Origin: a virus
Length of the DNA stretch: 64,000 nucleotides
Strand: one strand, 5' to 3'
IMG/VR virus record: IMGVR_UViG_3300045012_000066
Coordinates: 32,001 to 96,000 of that record
The notes below the pieces were generated by a model, which was not told where the DNA came from, did no database searches, and saw nothing but the letters and a program-made list of their open reading frames with translations. The position numbers and the translations under genes were made by a program. Below, piece after piece: positions 17,343 to 28,569 of the stretch (the first letter of the stretch is position 1; the number at the start of each line of letters is the position of its first letter).

Positions 17343-20300
17343 GTAGTGTCAGGCTTGCTCCTGACCGGGGGTCTTCCATCCCGGCTGGCTGCGAATTTCA
17401 AGTACCTGCTCAATGGTGAGGTTTTCGGCGTCCCAGTTCTTCGCTGCGCAGTACGCGATTGCGAATTCACCGCGTCTGCGCAGGAAGTCGTGTTCTTGCT
17501 GCGTACCGCCTGCGACAGTGACCCCGAAGGGGAGTTTGGTCGCGAGCTTTTCGGTCATCAGGGCTTCTCCTGTAAACAGGTTTTAGGTTGTGACGAGGTC
17601 GGCGTCGAGCAGGGTTACTTTCCGAATGCTGCGCAAAATTAAACTCCTTCCTTCTGCCACGAAACCACAACCGCGACGACCATTGGCTGTAACGGAACGA
17701 ATGCACCTGTGTACGGCGTGAATTGGTTCCACGGCCCGCCAGCGTAGGAAACGATAGGCACCCCTGTGGTCGATGTGGCCCAGCGTGTGGTTGTAACGAC
17801 TGGCTTGTATTCGCAATACTTCTCGCCGATTGGCGCAGCGAGGAAGTCGCAGTCGTGCGGTTGCTTGCCAACGAAAACATTGTCGTAGCGAACCCGGTTG
17901 GGGTTGACGTTGTACTGGATAAAGTAGCGCAACCTGCTGTGCCAAAGATCACCGGGCATCAGGTGTATCAGAGAAAGAGTGACGAGCAGCGAAAATAGCA
18001 TGTAGCCCGCATAGGTCCAGAAAGCCAAGCTAGTCGTGGAGCTTCTCTCTACCGCATCCTCAACTCTTGAGACTGCTTGTTCGATATCGTAAAGATTGGT
18101 CGGCATTTTCTTTATGCTCTCTTCCTCGTCGTTTTCTTCGCATGCGCGACGGCCCAGTTATAGCCGCAGGACGCACCGCAAAAGAGGCTGTCACGAAAGC
18201 GCCCGTAGTCTCCGGTGAACTGCTCCGGGTGCCCTTTTACCCACGCCTCACGCTGCGTGCGGCGGCGACCATCTGCAAGGTCCGGGGGCATCGCCTCGGT
18301 TATAAACTGCGGGTCTAGTTCCTTGGTGCAGTACAGGCAGCGGGGGCGCTGGCCCTTCGGTTTAGGTTTAAGGTTGATGTTTTTGCTGCCTGACTTCATT
18401 GGTTTGCTCCTGTTGTTGAGTTGTTTGGTACGTCATTTAAATTGCACCCTCTTCGTGAAAAGCTGTTTCAGTGCGCCACGCGAGTAACTCTGCGTTGTCG
18501 ATGGTGGGCAGGTTATAGCTGGTGACTAGGTCGCTGTAAATCTCTTTCCCGTTGTCACTCAGGGACTCGAAGCCGTTGAAGGCTAAGGCGGGCTTGAACT
18601 TCAGGCGGTGAAGCTGAACGTGCGTCGCCTCGCTGCGCCTGCGGTTGCTCGGCCTCTCGTGCAGCCAGCCGCCCACGTTGTAATCGCTCTCCAGCGCAGC
18701 GTAAGCCTCGCAGATATCGAATCGGTCAAAATAGGCCATGTTAAAACTCCTTTACCACTGTCAGTTGTTTGCCAGCGTAGAGTGCCGCCGACTCCGACCC
18801 TAGCTCGTGCCACTCGATAGCGCCGGTCAGTCCGCGCAGGAGGTACATCTTCGCGGGCCGCTCGTCAGCACCCTGTAATGGCATCGCCTTCACGTCATCG
18901 CCGCGATACGTCGGTTTCGTTCCATTCAGAAACGGGCAGAGGTTGATCGATAGCTCCGCGCACTTCTCATGCATGGGACCATCGGCGAAGTAGTGCGAGT
19001 CCGCGCTGGCCTTCCCGCCGACCCAGTAGCAGGACAGCTTGAGCTTGGTGCCGCAGACGGAGCAGAGCTTGTACCGGTAGTGTTGAACGTAGGTCTCCCC
19101 GTCGATCTGCCGGAAGTCCGGCTTGCCGTCGATCCACTTCACGACCACCGGGACCGGCATTCCTGCAAACGTCTTTAGGCGTGCGATGGCTCGCGTGATA
19201 GGGCACTTGCTCATTGATGCTCCGTGTACCAGCGATCCATAAAGGCCAGCACTCGCTCGATCAGACTCATTGAATCACTCCTGTGTCTTCGTGGTTGGAA
19301 ACGCTGGAACCACAGAGCCGACAGTGAATCGTCGGCCCGGAGATGACGCAGCGCTCACCTACCCAGATATCGCGTCCGCAGGTGTTACAGTCCCGCGCCG
19401 CCGTGCATTCCGTCCAGTACGGCACAGCGGAAGTAGGCGGTTGGATCAATCCCGTTCTATGGTGATAGCCAAGCCAGTTCACGCCTATGCCTCCTCAACT
19501 TCCCGCAGAAACGCTGTGCTGTAAGCCAGAAAGGTAACGATGCGCCCGTCCTTAAGGTTGCGTGCCTTGCCTCCGTGGTGTGCGTCAACGGTAAGGCGCG
19601 TCCAAGGCTCCAAGTTGGCTTCCTTGTTGAGCGGCAGGTTTGTGCGCAGCACGATTGGCTCGCCGGGGGCAGGGGATAAGAACGCTCTGCCCACGGGAAT
19701 ATTTTTAAATAGCGGCAGCTTCGCCTCGCGACGCGCCCTCTCCTCTTTGCTTAACTTCGGCATGTCAGTGTTTCCCTCCGCAGCGGCAATGCTCCCGCGC
19801 TACCTCGTCCCACTTGTCGGAGACGGCCAGACGGTCGATGTTGTAAATAAATCCGTGGCTCCGTACCATGCGATCTGACTGCGCCCAGTAGCCCAGCTTC
19901 TTCATGCCGCGCACGCTGCCGGTCTTGTCGATGTTCGGGTGGCAGGTGTGCCCGCATCCGGCGCTGCCGTTCTCGACCCATGCGAGTCCGGTGCGCTCGT
20001 CGAAGTGAAGCTCGATGTATGGCGCAAGCTGCTTTACGAAAGTCTTCTTGTGCTTCTTCGCCTCGATATCCTCTCCCAGCGCTTGGCGGTTGCCCTTCTC
20101 GAATTTGGCACGTAGCCGTGCAGGCACATTCACGCGGTCGTCGATGTAGTAGCCCTCTCCGCGCTTCCAGTGGTCCTCGGTTGCGGATGCAAGGAAGAGG
20201 CAATTGCGATTGCGGAGCCTCGTCAAAACGTCTTTCTGTAACTCGGTCAATTCGTTCGGCATTTAAATTTTTCTCCAGTAGCCATACACGCAGCGGTTGC

Positions 20301-20785
20301 CGTTGCGGGACGGGTCATAGGTGTCGTAGATGATGCCGTCGATGACGGCTGTAACGTGACGGCTGACGTTGACCACCAGTCGTCCCATAGGAAGCTCGCC
20401 AGCCCGAAGGTGGACTTTGCAGCCTTGGCCGATGTGCATCGTCGGAATCCACTCAAAGCCCAGCGACGCTATGTAGTTTTTGAACCACTGCCGCTTGATG
20501 TGGATGCCGCGCTCGGCGGATGCCACCCGCTTCGGAGTGTGCTTGGTACGCCTCTGCGCTCCGGTGCCTTCGGCCAGAGCCTGATGAATCTCGGCGTAGG
20601 GCATACCGCTGGCAATGGCGATGGCTCGCGTGGTGCAGTCCCAAGCTTTGTCGTAGTATCCGGCAGCGCGTCGCCCGCCGTCGTGGCGGACCCACGGCAG
20701 AGTGCGCGGCTGGACCCGGAACCCGTAGATAATTTCGTGGCTCAAAACTCAACCCCTCCCGGTTAGTTTTTAAAGTTACGACAAT

Positions 20786-20814
20786 GTTAGCGTACACACG
20801 CGTACACGTCAAGC
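20786..20814 (-). promoter_or_regulatory. Sigma70-like promoter
   Basis: TTGACG-N17 (TGTACGCGTGTGTACGC)-TAACAT. Confidence 0.55.
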
Positions 20815-21842
20815 GCGGAATTTATTTCGGCCAGCGCAGCCACGATATGAAGACGAACACTAGCACGCTGGCGACCCACCAAAGGAAATACTGGCGTGCC
20901 TTTTTCGGCTCCTTCTTTACGGCCCAGTAGATACTGCAAGGCAGCAAACACATGGCGGCGATCAGGGCATAGGTCTGGCTGACAAAAATCAGAAACAGAA
21001 CGACTACGGCGATCCCTAGAAAGCCAAGGATGAGAACATCAAGACCGGCATCGCAAAGCAGGATGAATGCGGCGATGCCCATGAGAATAAGTGCGATAGT
21101 ACCCATTAGACTGAAACCTCTTTTCCTGTAATTCGTTCGCGCATCAGGCGCATGATCTTCAAATACGCTTCCGGTCTGCCAGCATACTCTTCGCGCCAGT
21201 TCTTTCCGGTCGTGTAGCTATCGTCCCGCAACCGCCTGTAACTCACCAGACACTCACCGACCTTGACTCCCGTCCGCTGGCCCTTCGACTTCGCAAAGAA
21301 GCTGGAGCCGGGATGACCGCATAGCAGGGCAGGGAGCAGGATGCCTTTCTGTTCGCGCTGTGCCTGTTGCAGGGAAGCGTCTACCAGCACGCCATTCACG
21401 TTGAGTACCAGATGCCCGCCAAAGCTGTTCGGTTTAAGCTGCCCATTCTCCGGTGGAACGATGCCGACTCCCCACGCGCCGTGCTGGTTGAAGAGCGCCA
21501 TGCGCTCGTCATGATCCTCGGGCAGCGGTCCTTGTTCCACCAGCTTCTGCATGGGACCATTGAGGACTTGGACGGTCACTGCGACCGCACGCGCCTTGTA
21601 GCCATACTCCGCGAAGACAGCCTGTAGTATCTTGCAGGTCGCAACGCAGCAGTCAGGCCGAAAATACTCCAGCATGGTCTTGCGCACCACGGGCAGCATG
21701 ACGTTGAGCAAGGTCGGCAGTGGAATTTTATTTGCCATCTCTCCCTAAAACCTCTTTTCCTGTAAGCTTCCGGTTTTTCAAATTCAAATGCATTCCCCGG
21801 TTCGGTAAAATAATTAACCAAACCGGGAAGACTGACAGGGGT

Positions 21843-21901
21843 TGGTGGACCGGACGGGATTTGAACCCGCAAAGCGCTCACCCTACCACGGGTTCCGGCC
21901 C
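21843..21901 (-). ncRNA. 59-nt tRNA-like RNA lacking the anticodon arm
   Basis: 7-bp acceptor GGGCCGG/CCGGTCC, discriminator A plus encoded CCA, T-arm GCGGG-TTCAAAT-CCCGT, D-like hairpin ACCC-GTGGTA-GGGT. Confidence 0.65.
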
Positions 21902-21910
21902 ACATTTGGT

Positions 21911-22519
21911 TTACTTGGTGGCCTCTAATGCAGCCGATGTGAACTTGGACTGATCGAGTGCCATGTCGCCCACAGTGTACGCGGTAAGCTCCGTCCCTGA
22001 AGGGATCGTGATGTCCTTGCCGTGCATCATGAGGAACAGGGCAGAGCCGCCCAGCGTGAAAATTGCCGTTGCCGCCATCGCGCCGATCATGGCTCCCGTG
22101 TGTCCGCCGCCTTTGCCTCCGGTGGTTGCCGCAAGGTCGTCGCGCTCGCCGTCCGTTAGACGAACGTAGTTGAGGGTGACATCCAGCTTGCCGCCCCGGC
22201 CAGCCCACTTCTTGCCCTCGTGCTCGTTGATAGTGCCCAGAGCCTTGGTGCCCTTGGCGATCACCACGATGCCATTGACGGTGACATCCTCGACGACATC
22301 GAAAGATATCTTCTCGCCCACGTAATCGTGAAACGCGTTTGAGGATGATATGGCTTGCGCGATCCTCAGCTTTACAGGCGTTCCGTCCACCAGTATGAAC
22401 GGCTTTGCTGCCGGTGCTGTCTGTGCGGGTGTATGGTTAGCCTCGACCGCTTGCTGCTGGCCGAAGACCGTAGGAGTTATCAAGGCAGATATGGTTGCAA
22501 TTGCTAAAAACTTTCTCAT
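21911..22519 (-). CDS. Secreted/periplasmic beta-rich protein
   Basis: Signal peptide MRKFLAIATISALITPTVFG; DGTPVKLR..GEKISFDVVEDV..GGKLDV..KG pattern. Confidence 0.7.
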   Translation of the reverse strand: MRKFLAIATISALITPTVFGQQQAVEANHTPAQTAPAAKPFILVDGTPVKLRIAQAISSSNAFHDYVGEKISFDVVEDVTVNGIVVIAKGTKALGTINEHEGKKWAGRGGKLDVTLNYVRLTDGERDDLAATTGGKGGGHTGAMIGAMAATAIFTLGGSALFLMMHGKDITIPSGTELTAYTVGDMALDQSKFTSAALEATK

Positions 22520-22966
22520 CGTTCTCTTTCCTGTAATTTTATTTACTGCAACTCCGCAGTCGGTTGGGGTTATTTCAACGGGGGGCGGCACTCGATCTTC
22601 TCTCTTAAACCTGTTTATGTGTGAATGATGTTGTTTGCTGTGCTGCCAAGGTGCAGCCGGGATGATGGCCAAGCTCCAGCGGGTTTTGCCCGCAATGGAC
22701 GCAGAGTGATTCGCGCCGTCTCTTTATACGTGAGCCAATGAAGCTAATGCCGCCGCCGACCAGCCCGCAGAGGACAGCGGTCACCAGTATCGGATGCTCC
22801 GGGCTGATTGCGTGAGCCAGCCCGAACTGGCGGGACGCCGTGGCCGTGAGCGCACCGGCAATCATACTTAAAAAGCTCCAGCCATCCCGCTGCGCCTTGG
22901 TCGGTTGTGGGGTCGTTGGGGTGGAATCTATATCAGTCAAAAAATCTCTCCTTGGTAGGAACGTGT

Positions 22967-23641
22967 TTATGTGTGGGTGTAGCCGTCCGGTTCGATACCG
23001 ACAAACATGCCGCACCAGTTAATCCCGGCGTAGCGGTCAGAGCCGATGCCGCTTTCCTGCACGCGGGTAAAGAACTCGTGACGGTTGCGTGAGCCATCCG
23101 GGCTGCGCTTGTACAGCGCATTGATAGCCTCGACCTGCTTGGGTGTCATCCACTCAGGAATGACGATATGCGGTTCACCGCGCACCAGCCGTTCGTCGCG
23201 ATCCTGTGAGCCAGCGGAATAGCCCTCAAAGTATGCCTCACGGTTGGACACGCCACGGGTGTCAGGCATCTCTGAATCGGAGCCGTGACGATATCCCAGC
23301 GCGTAATTCTCGGTCTTGGTCATGACTTTCTATTCCTCCGGTTTCGTATAAATTGGTTTAGCGTTGAGGTCCATGAAGAAGACTGCATCGCATTCGTCAC
23401 AGGCTCGCAGTGCTTGCGCCGGGACGCCTTCGGCTGGCTTCGTATGCACCCACTTGCCACACTCAGGGCAAAGCAGGAACTCTCGCTGCGCGTCGCGTTC
23501 AAGGTCGGATGCTGATTGGGGACACACGCCGTTGGTGTGATCTGTGAATGGTTGGCCGCAGTTGCGGCAGCGGTCTGGCACGTCGTATCCGGCGTTGCCG
23601 CGCTGATGTTCCTTGGGATCGAGCGGTTCAAAGTGGGTCAT
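22967..23641 (-). other. Two hypothetical CDSs (22967-23323, 23330-23641 Cys-rich)
   Basis: ORFs with shared leader/SD motif. Confidence 0.55.
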
Positions 23642-23725
23642 TGCCTCTCCTGTAAACGTCTTTGTGTGAGGGTCAGATTTCAAAGTGGCCGGTGGTTGCC
23701 GACCACTTTTCATCCGGGGTAGTTC

Positions 23726-24700
23726 TTAGGCCGCTTTCTGCGGGCGGGGGACAAGTACCCGGTACGCCTTGTGTGCGGCGACCAGCTTCTTCTCCGTGTC
23801 TGCGGTGGCGTTCTCCAGCCACGCATCGAGTGCGCGGGCTACAGTCTCAGCCGCCTCATAGACGGAGCTTGTCACCTTCGGTACAGGAGCGGCAGCAGGG
23901 GCAGGAGTATGGGTGGGTTTCTTGCCAGCCTTCCTGTCCTGTGAGGCTTGGACCTGAGCCTTCGCCCTCTCCGCCGTCTTGCCCTTACCCTTGGCGAGGA
24001 CAGCGGCGACCTTGACGCGCTTCTTGCCCTTCACCACGCTCGCGCTCTCAGCGATGATCTTGCGCTGCTCGTCCTTGCTCACCTTCGCCAGTTGCTTCGC
24101 AGTGGTGACCTTGATTTCGCCCTTGGTGACGGCTTCCTGTGCTTCGACGGCCAACTCTGCCAGTGCAGCGCGATCCTTGACCCACTTTGCAGCGTTCGCC
24201 CTCTTTTCGCCCTGCTTCGCCTCGGGGAAATAGATAAATGCAATCTCTTCGTCGGACTTCTTGAAGCGTTTGCGCAGCAGAGTGATATTCCAGCAGTCGT
24301 CCATTGGCGAGGTGCCTACGCGGAAGCGGTTCTCGCTGATGGCGGTGATGAGAGCCTCTTCCTCGGACAGAGTCTCGTAGATACCCTCGACCTTAAGAAG
24401 CTGCTCTTCGGAGGTTCCCTTGGCGCGGAGCTTCTTATTAATCAGGTTGATGGCATGGTAGCGGCAGTAGCCGAAAACCAGAACGGGCTGACCCGCATCG
24501 TTCTTGCGGAACTTGACCGGCGTGTCCTGACCTTTAGCCTGAATGTCTGCGGCCAGAGCTTCAACAGCAGCCTTGACATCAGGGTTGTCGCGCTCGTAAC
24601 GCCCATTTAGCTGGGGGTCGAGGACAATGTTTTCGGGGTAGTCGGCAACGACCAGCGTGCTAGTGCGCTTAGTCGTCTCGTTAGAAAAGCTTACGTTCAT
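23726..24700 (-). CDS. ParB/Srx-like N-terminal domain protein with Lys/Ala-rich tail
   Basis: N.RY...VEALAADIQAKGQDTPVKFR...LVFGYCRYHAI...AISEN..R, followed by helical HTH-like region. Confidence 0.75.
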   Translation of the reverse strand: MNVSFSNETTKRTSTLVVADYPENIVLDPQLNGRYERDNPDVKAAVEALAADIQAKGQDTPVKFRKNDAGQPVLVFGYCRYHAINLINKKLRAKGTSEEQLLKVEGIYETLSEEEALITAISENRFRVGTSPMDDCWNITLLRKRFKKSDEEIAFIYFPEAKQGEKRANAAKWVKDRAALAELAVEAQEAVTKGEIKVTTAKQLAKVSKDEQRKIIAESASVVKGKKRVKVAAVLAKGKGKTAERAKAQVQASQDRKAGKKPTHTPAPAAAPVPKVTSSVYEAAETVARALDAWLENATADTEKKLVAAHKAYRVLVPRPQKAA

Positions 24701-24783
24701 TTTTTAAATTTCCTCCCGTGTGATGTTTCGTGAATGCGAGCATCTAACCTCCCTGAGTCAGATGCAGTTTCGTCGTTAGAGTC

Positions 24784-24812
24784 AGCTTATTTCCTCGGTA
24801 CTGCGGTGTCAA
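24784..24812 (-). promoter_or_regulatory. Sigma70-like promoter with conserved spacer operator
   Basis: TTGACA-CCGCAGTACCGAGGAAA (17 nt)-TAAGCT upstream of the ParB-like gene. Confidence 0.65.
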
Positions 24813-24999
24813 GCAGAATCTTGGAAATTCCCTAACTATTTTCTTCTCATGTAAAGAGTTATAGGTGAGATGTCGAGTCTCACCAAAACATGTTTTTGTA
24901 AGGTTTTTCGGTACTGCCGTGTCAGCGGGGGGAAATTCTCGGCAAGCCAGAAGCGCAGGATAGGCGCAGGATGGACTGATATTTATTTCGACCTCTCGA

Positions 25000-26754
25000 T
25001 TATGAAGCTGTCTTAACCAAATGCATCCCTAGTTTTGTCCGCGTCTCTAGGAACTCAAGCAGGGAAACCTGAGACTCAGGCTTCATAATAACCGCTTCCT
25101 GCGTGGCGTAATCAAAGACGTAGTATGCACCGTCGCCCGCTTTGGCCACTTCGGCGCGGATGCGGCGGGTGGCTGCGTCAGTACATTTGATCTGCATCCC
25201 GCCGTCGCTCCGACGTAAGCCCACCCTAAAGCGTTTAACCGGCAAGTCTTTGGCGACAAGCACGTCGGCTAGGTCGGTAATGATGCAGGCAGGTGATGTA
25301 CCCGTCCACCATGCGGGCTTAGGACAGGGTTCGCCCTCGGCAGTGAGTGCAGGTGTGGTTACCGTGCGGGCCGGGTCGGCTAGGTTGGCGGACTGCCAGA
25401 TGGCGATGCCGCCCCTGTCGCGTATCCACTCGGTTACCTGTATCGCATTCTCAGGCGATGTGATGTACGGCTTTAAATTCATTCACTCCCCCTGTACTGC
25501 GTCGAAGATGCGAGCGCCAGCGAACAGGACGATGGCTGCGATGATGCCAGCGATCCACCCAAGGTGTATCCAGACAAGAACTATCACGGCGATGATTGCC
25601 GCCCAGATTAACCAAACCATTTTATGCGCCACCTCTCTGCGGCTGAACTGGCGACCGCCAGTCAGTGACGTTGGCCTTGTACAGGCGGTCGAACTCGGAG
25701 CGATCCTCGTCGGTTAGCTCGGTGCGGTACTCGCTCAGGTTGCGCTCTAGATCGTCGGCGCTGCCGATGAATGCGCCTCCGCCGTCTGACATGGTTGAGG
25801 CTGCGGTGACGAAGCCGTCAGACGTAATGCTCAGGCCGTACAGTTTGCCGCTGCGCCCGTCGCGTACTCCGTAGTCATGACCGATGATTGCGCCCACGAT
25901 GGCGACCAGCTTGGGGCTGAAGTTGAACTTGCTCGGATTGATGCGATCTGCGAAGTCGATGACTCCCGTTTCGTTTCCCATTGCGATTCTCCTGTAAATA
26001 GGTTTTACGGTTGCTGCGTGGCCGGGATTTAGTCGGCCACGGGGTTAGGTGGGGCGAGTGATACCAGACCTGCCGTAGATGACCACTGGTAATTCACAGG
26101 CTCGGCGGACTCAACGACTTGGTAGCCCTCGGCTAGCGTCCATGCTGCCACCTTGTTGCGGCCATAGGACTCAGCTTCCTCGCGGGTCGCCAGTGCAATG
26201 CCGTTCTGGTAATACTTCGGGTCGTCGTAGACTTTGATTGCTGCTTTGAAGCTCATGTTTAAAATTTCCTCCCGGTTGATTTCGTGTAAACAGGTTTAGG
26301 TGTGGGTAGCTTTGATCCGCCAGCTTGCGATCTTGCGACGGCGAACCTCACTTGCGCTGGATGGCACACGCTGCCGCACATCCAAGTGATATACGTATGG
26401 CTCGGACTCCAATTCTTGTTTCAGACTCGCGTACTCTTCAGGCTTCGCCAGTGTGGTGCGGTAGATGATGTCAAGGTTCGCTGCGCCATGCCCTCCAAGG
26501 TGCTCGTAGCTGTCGCAGTCATATGCATTGGTGCCGGGGTCGCAAGGGAACAGGGCGAAGACATCGCCACCCTCGGACTTCGGCCACTTGCGGAAGATGA
26601 CTTGCGTCTTGCACAGCGCGAACCATAGGCCAGTGGGGCCGATGACTACGGTGTGGTTGTGCTCGTCCTGAAGGCACTCTTCGCAGTAGTTAAACTCAAA
26701 CGTTTTCCGCAAGAACTCTTTTGCGGAGATGCCGCTCGCGTCTTTGATTTCCAT
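25000..26754 (-). other. Hypothetical CDSs (25000-25482, 25622-25981, 26029-26256, 26296-26754)
   Basis: ORFs with shared leader/SD motif. Confidence 0.6.
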
Positions 26755-26783
26755 TTCCCCTCCCGGAAACGTGTTTGTGTGAA

Positions 26784-26873
26784 CTAGGTTGGGACATGCC
26801 GGAATCGAACCGGGATGTTACTAGCACCATGAGTACCTCCAACGGGGCCGCTTACCTAACCAGCTTGACCTAG
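26784..26873 (-). ncRNA. Possible distorted tRNA-like structured RNA
   Basis: Terminal CTAGGT/ACCTAG pairing, D-like arm GCTG-GTTAGGTAAG-CGGC, T-loop CCGG-TTCGATT-CCGG. Confidence 0.35.
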
Positions 26874-27106
26874 TAAGCCCACTGGCAATTCGGCGGGTTC
26901 CCGCAGTACACATGCCCCATAAAAAGCTTGCGCTTTCGGATGCCCATCGATGATTCCTGCGACTGCGCTTGTCCGCAGGACAATCAAGATACTCGCGGCT
27001 GCGTCCAGCCGCACTAGATTTCCACCCAGCCCCGCTACACCCGGTAGGGTGCTGTTTCACGAGGGTAGTACCTGACGGGCATCCGAAAGAGCAATGCTCT
27101 TCCTTG

Positions 27107-27135
27107 AAGATACTTACTCGGTACTACGGTGTCAA
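27107..27135 (-). promoter_or_regulatory. Sigma70-like promoter with conserved spacer operator
   Basis: TTGACA-CCGTAGTACCGAGTAAG (17 nt)-TATCTT. Confidence 0.65.
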
Positions 27136-27515
27136 GCAGTACCGGGTAATTTAAATTTACGTCCCTCGGCCTCCTCAATGGCCTCGACGGGCAGGGGAAC
27201 CTCGATCCATCCAACCGGGGCGCACGCATAGGCCGTCTTGCTGTTGAGGACAATCACGTCGCCAACGCTCATGCTGCGGTTGCGGTAGTCGGCAGGGTGA
27301 CCGATGTTGAATGTCTCAAACAGTCGATTGCAAGCGTCGCGCTCCTCAAAGCGTTCGCGGCCTTCCTGCGTCTCGCGCATATGCGCTGCCAGTTCGCTGT
27401 CAGGCTCGACCTCGCCAGCATACGCAAGCTCCAGCGTGTCGCCCTCCCGGTAGCCGCTGAAAAAGTCTGTCTGCGTGTTCACGAAGAACAGGTACTTCAT
27501 TTCGATCTCTCCCAT
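27132..27515 (-). CDS. YodL-like domain protein
   Basis: LFETFNIGHPADYRNRSMSVGDVIVL...YAC..VGW. Confidence 0.75.
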   Translation of the reverse strand: MGEIEMKYLFFVNTQTDFFSGYREGDTLELAYAGEVEPDSELAAHMRETQEGRERFEERDACNRLFETFNIGHPADYRNRSMSVGDVIVLNSKTAYACAPVGWIEVPLPVEAIEEAEGRKFKLPGTA

Positions 27516-27560
27516 GTAAACCAGTTTCAGTGTGGCGGGGGAGACTCGCTCCCCCGTGTT

Positions 27561-28538
27561 TTAGCTTCGACTCAGGTAGGGAATGCCGGGGCCTTCAAAG
27601 AACACCTCGCCAGCCTTACCATCGTCCGTGCTTGTGAATGACCAGTGCGGCAGCGGCAGAAAGACCTTGAACCGCGATACCAGTAACTTAGTCTTGCTGG
27701 CCTCGCTTGTCGCTCGCGTGAGGCTTTCTTCAAAGCGTCGCCACTCATCCTCGGGCAGCGTGTCGCGCAGCGCTGCAATGGCCTGTTCCAGTGCTTTCGG
27801 GTCGCGCTGCCGCAAGTGTTCGCGGATGTGCGGCGTAAGCACCAGAACGAGAAGTGCGTTGATCGTTTTCCGTTGGCTGTTTTCCAATAAGCTCTCCTGT
27901 AAACCGGTTTTCGTATCAGGCAATGCGCCTGTTCAAAGCCTCCAGCGAAGCCTTGAATAGGCGCACGGGCCGTAGCCCATGCGGGTTTAGTGTGTGTGCG
28001 GCTTCGATTGCAGGGCGTGCCACGGCGTCATGGCATCCAGCTTTTCCATCAGCGTGCCACCGTGTACTTGCCAGTACAGGTTCGCGTCCTCGTAGTTGGT
28101 GAAGGCTCGCCCGTTGACGCGGTACTTTCGCTCGTCCTCTCGGGGTTGCTGTGCGGGTGTCGCCATTTCAATCTCTCCTGTAAACCTGTTTTCCTGTGTA
28201 CTTGCGCGATATTCTCATCGAACCTCTGGGAACTGCATCCCGGCCTTGTTGCCGTGCTTGGTGTAGAACGCTTTGATAGGTGCCAGCGTCTTCTTCAGGT
28301 CTGCATCTGTCGGCTCGGGCAGTCGTGGATATGCGCCCATGCCCGCGAACATATGACCGTGCAGGATAGTCATCAGCTTGTCGGCTGCTTTCGTCGGAAG
28401 CTTCCAGTAGGCCCAGCCATCGCTGTGCTCGTTGACTTCATTCTTGAACGCGTCCAGAAACCTTGCGTACTTGCCCAGCACAGGATGCGACTTGAACCTC
28501 TCCGCTGCCTCCTCAACTTCCCACTGATTCATCCACAT
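27561..28538 (-). other. Hypothetical CDSs (27561-~27920, 28215-28538, probable short ORF between)
   Basis: Leader/SD motifs at 27894, 28175 and ~28547. Confidence 0.5.
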
Positions 28539-28569
28539 AATTTTTTCCTCCCGGTTTGTGTAAGTTGGT

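Larger units (their letters stand above)
16842..21738 (-). other. Array of small hypothetical CDSs (16842-17282, 17349-17558, 17639-18106 membrane, 18112-18399, 18437-18739, 18741-19214, 19485-19763, 19765-20262, 20263-20745, 20822-21106 membrane, 21106-21738)
   Basis: Head-to-tail minus-strand ORFs, most preceded by the shared leader/SD motif. Confidence 0.6.

Noticed and set aside
21843-21901. Standard tRNA or full tmRNA gene
   Set aside because: No anticodon arm and no tag-ORF/pseudoknot region; kept only as a tRNA-like element.
9440-24930. Shared 14-mer CCGTGTCAGCGGGG at about 9440 and 24917
   Set aside because: One copy is inside a CDS, and a few 14-nt coincidences are expected in 64 kb.
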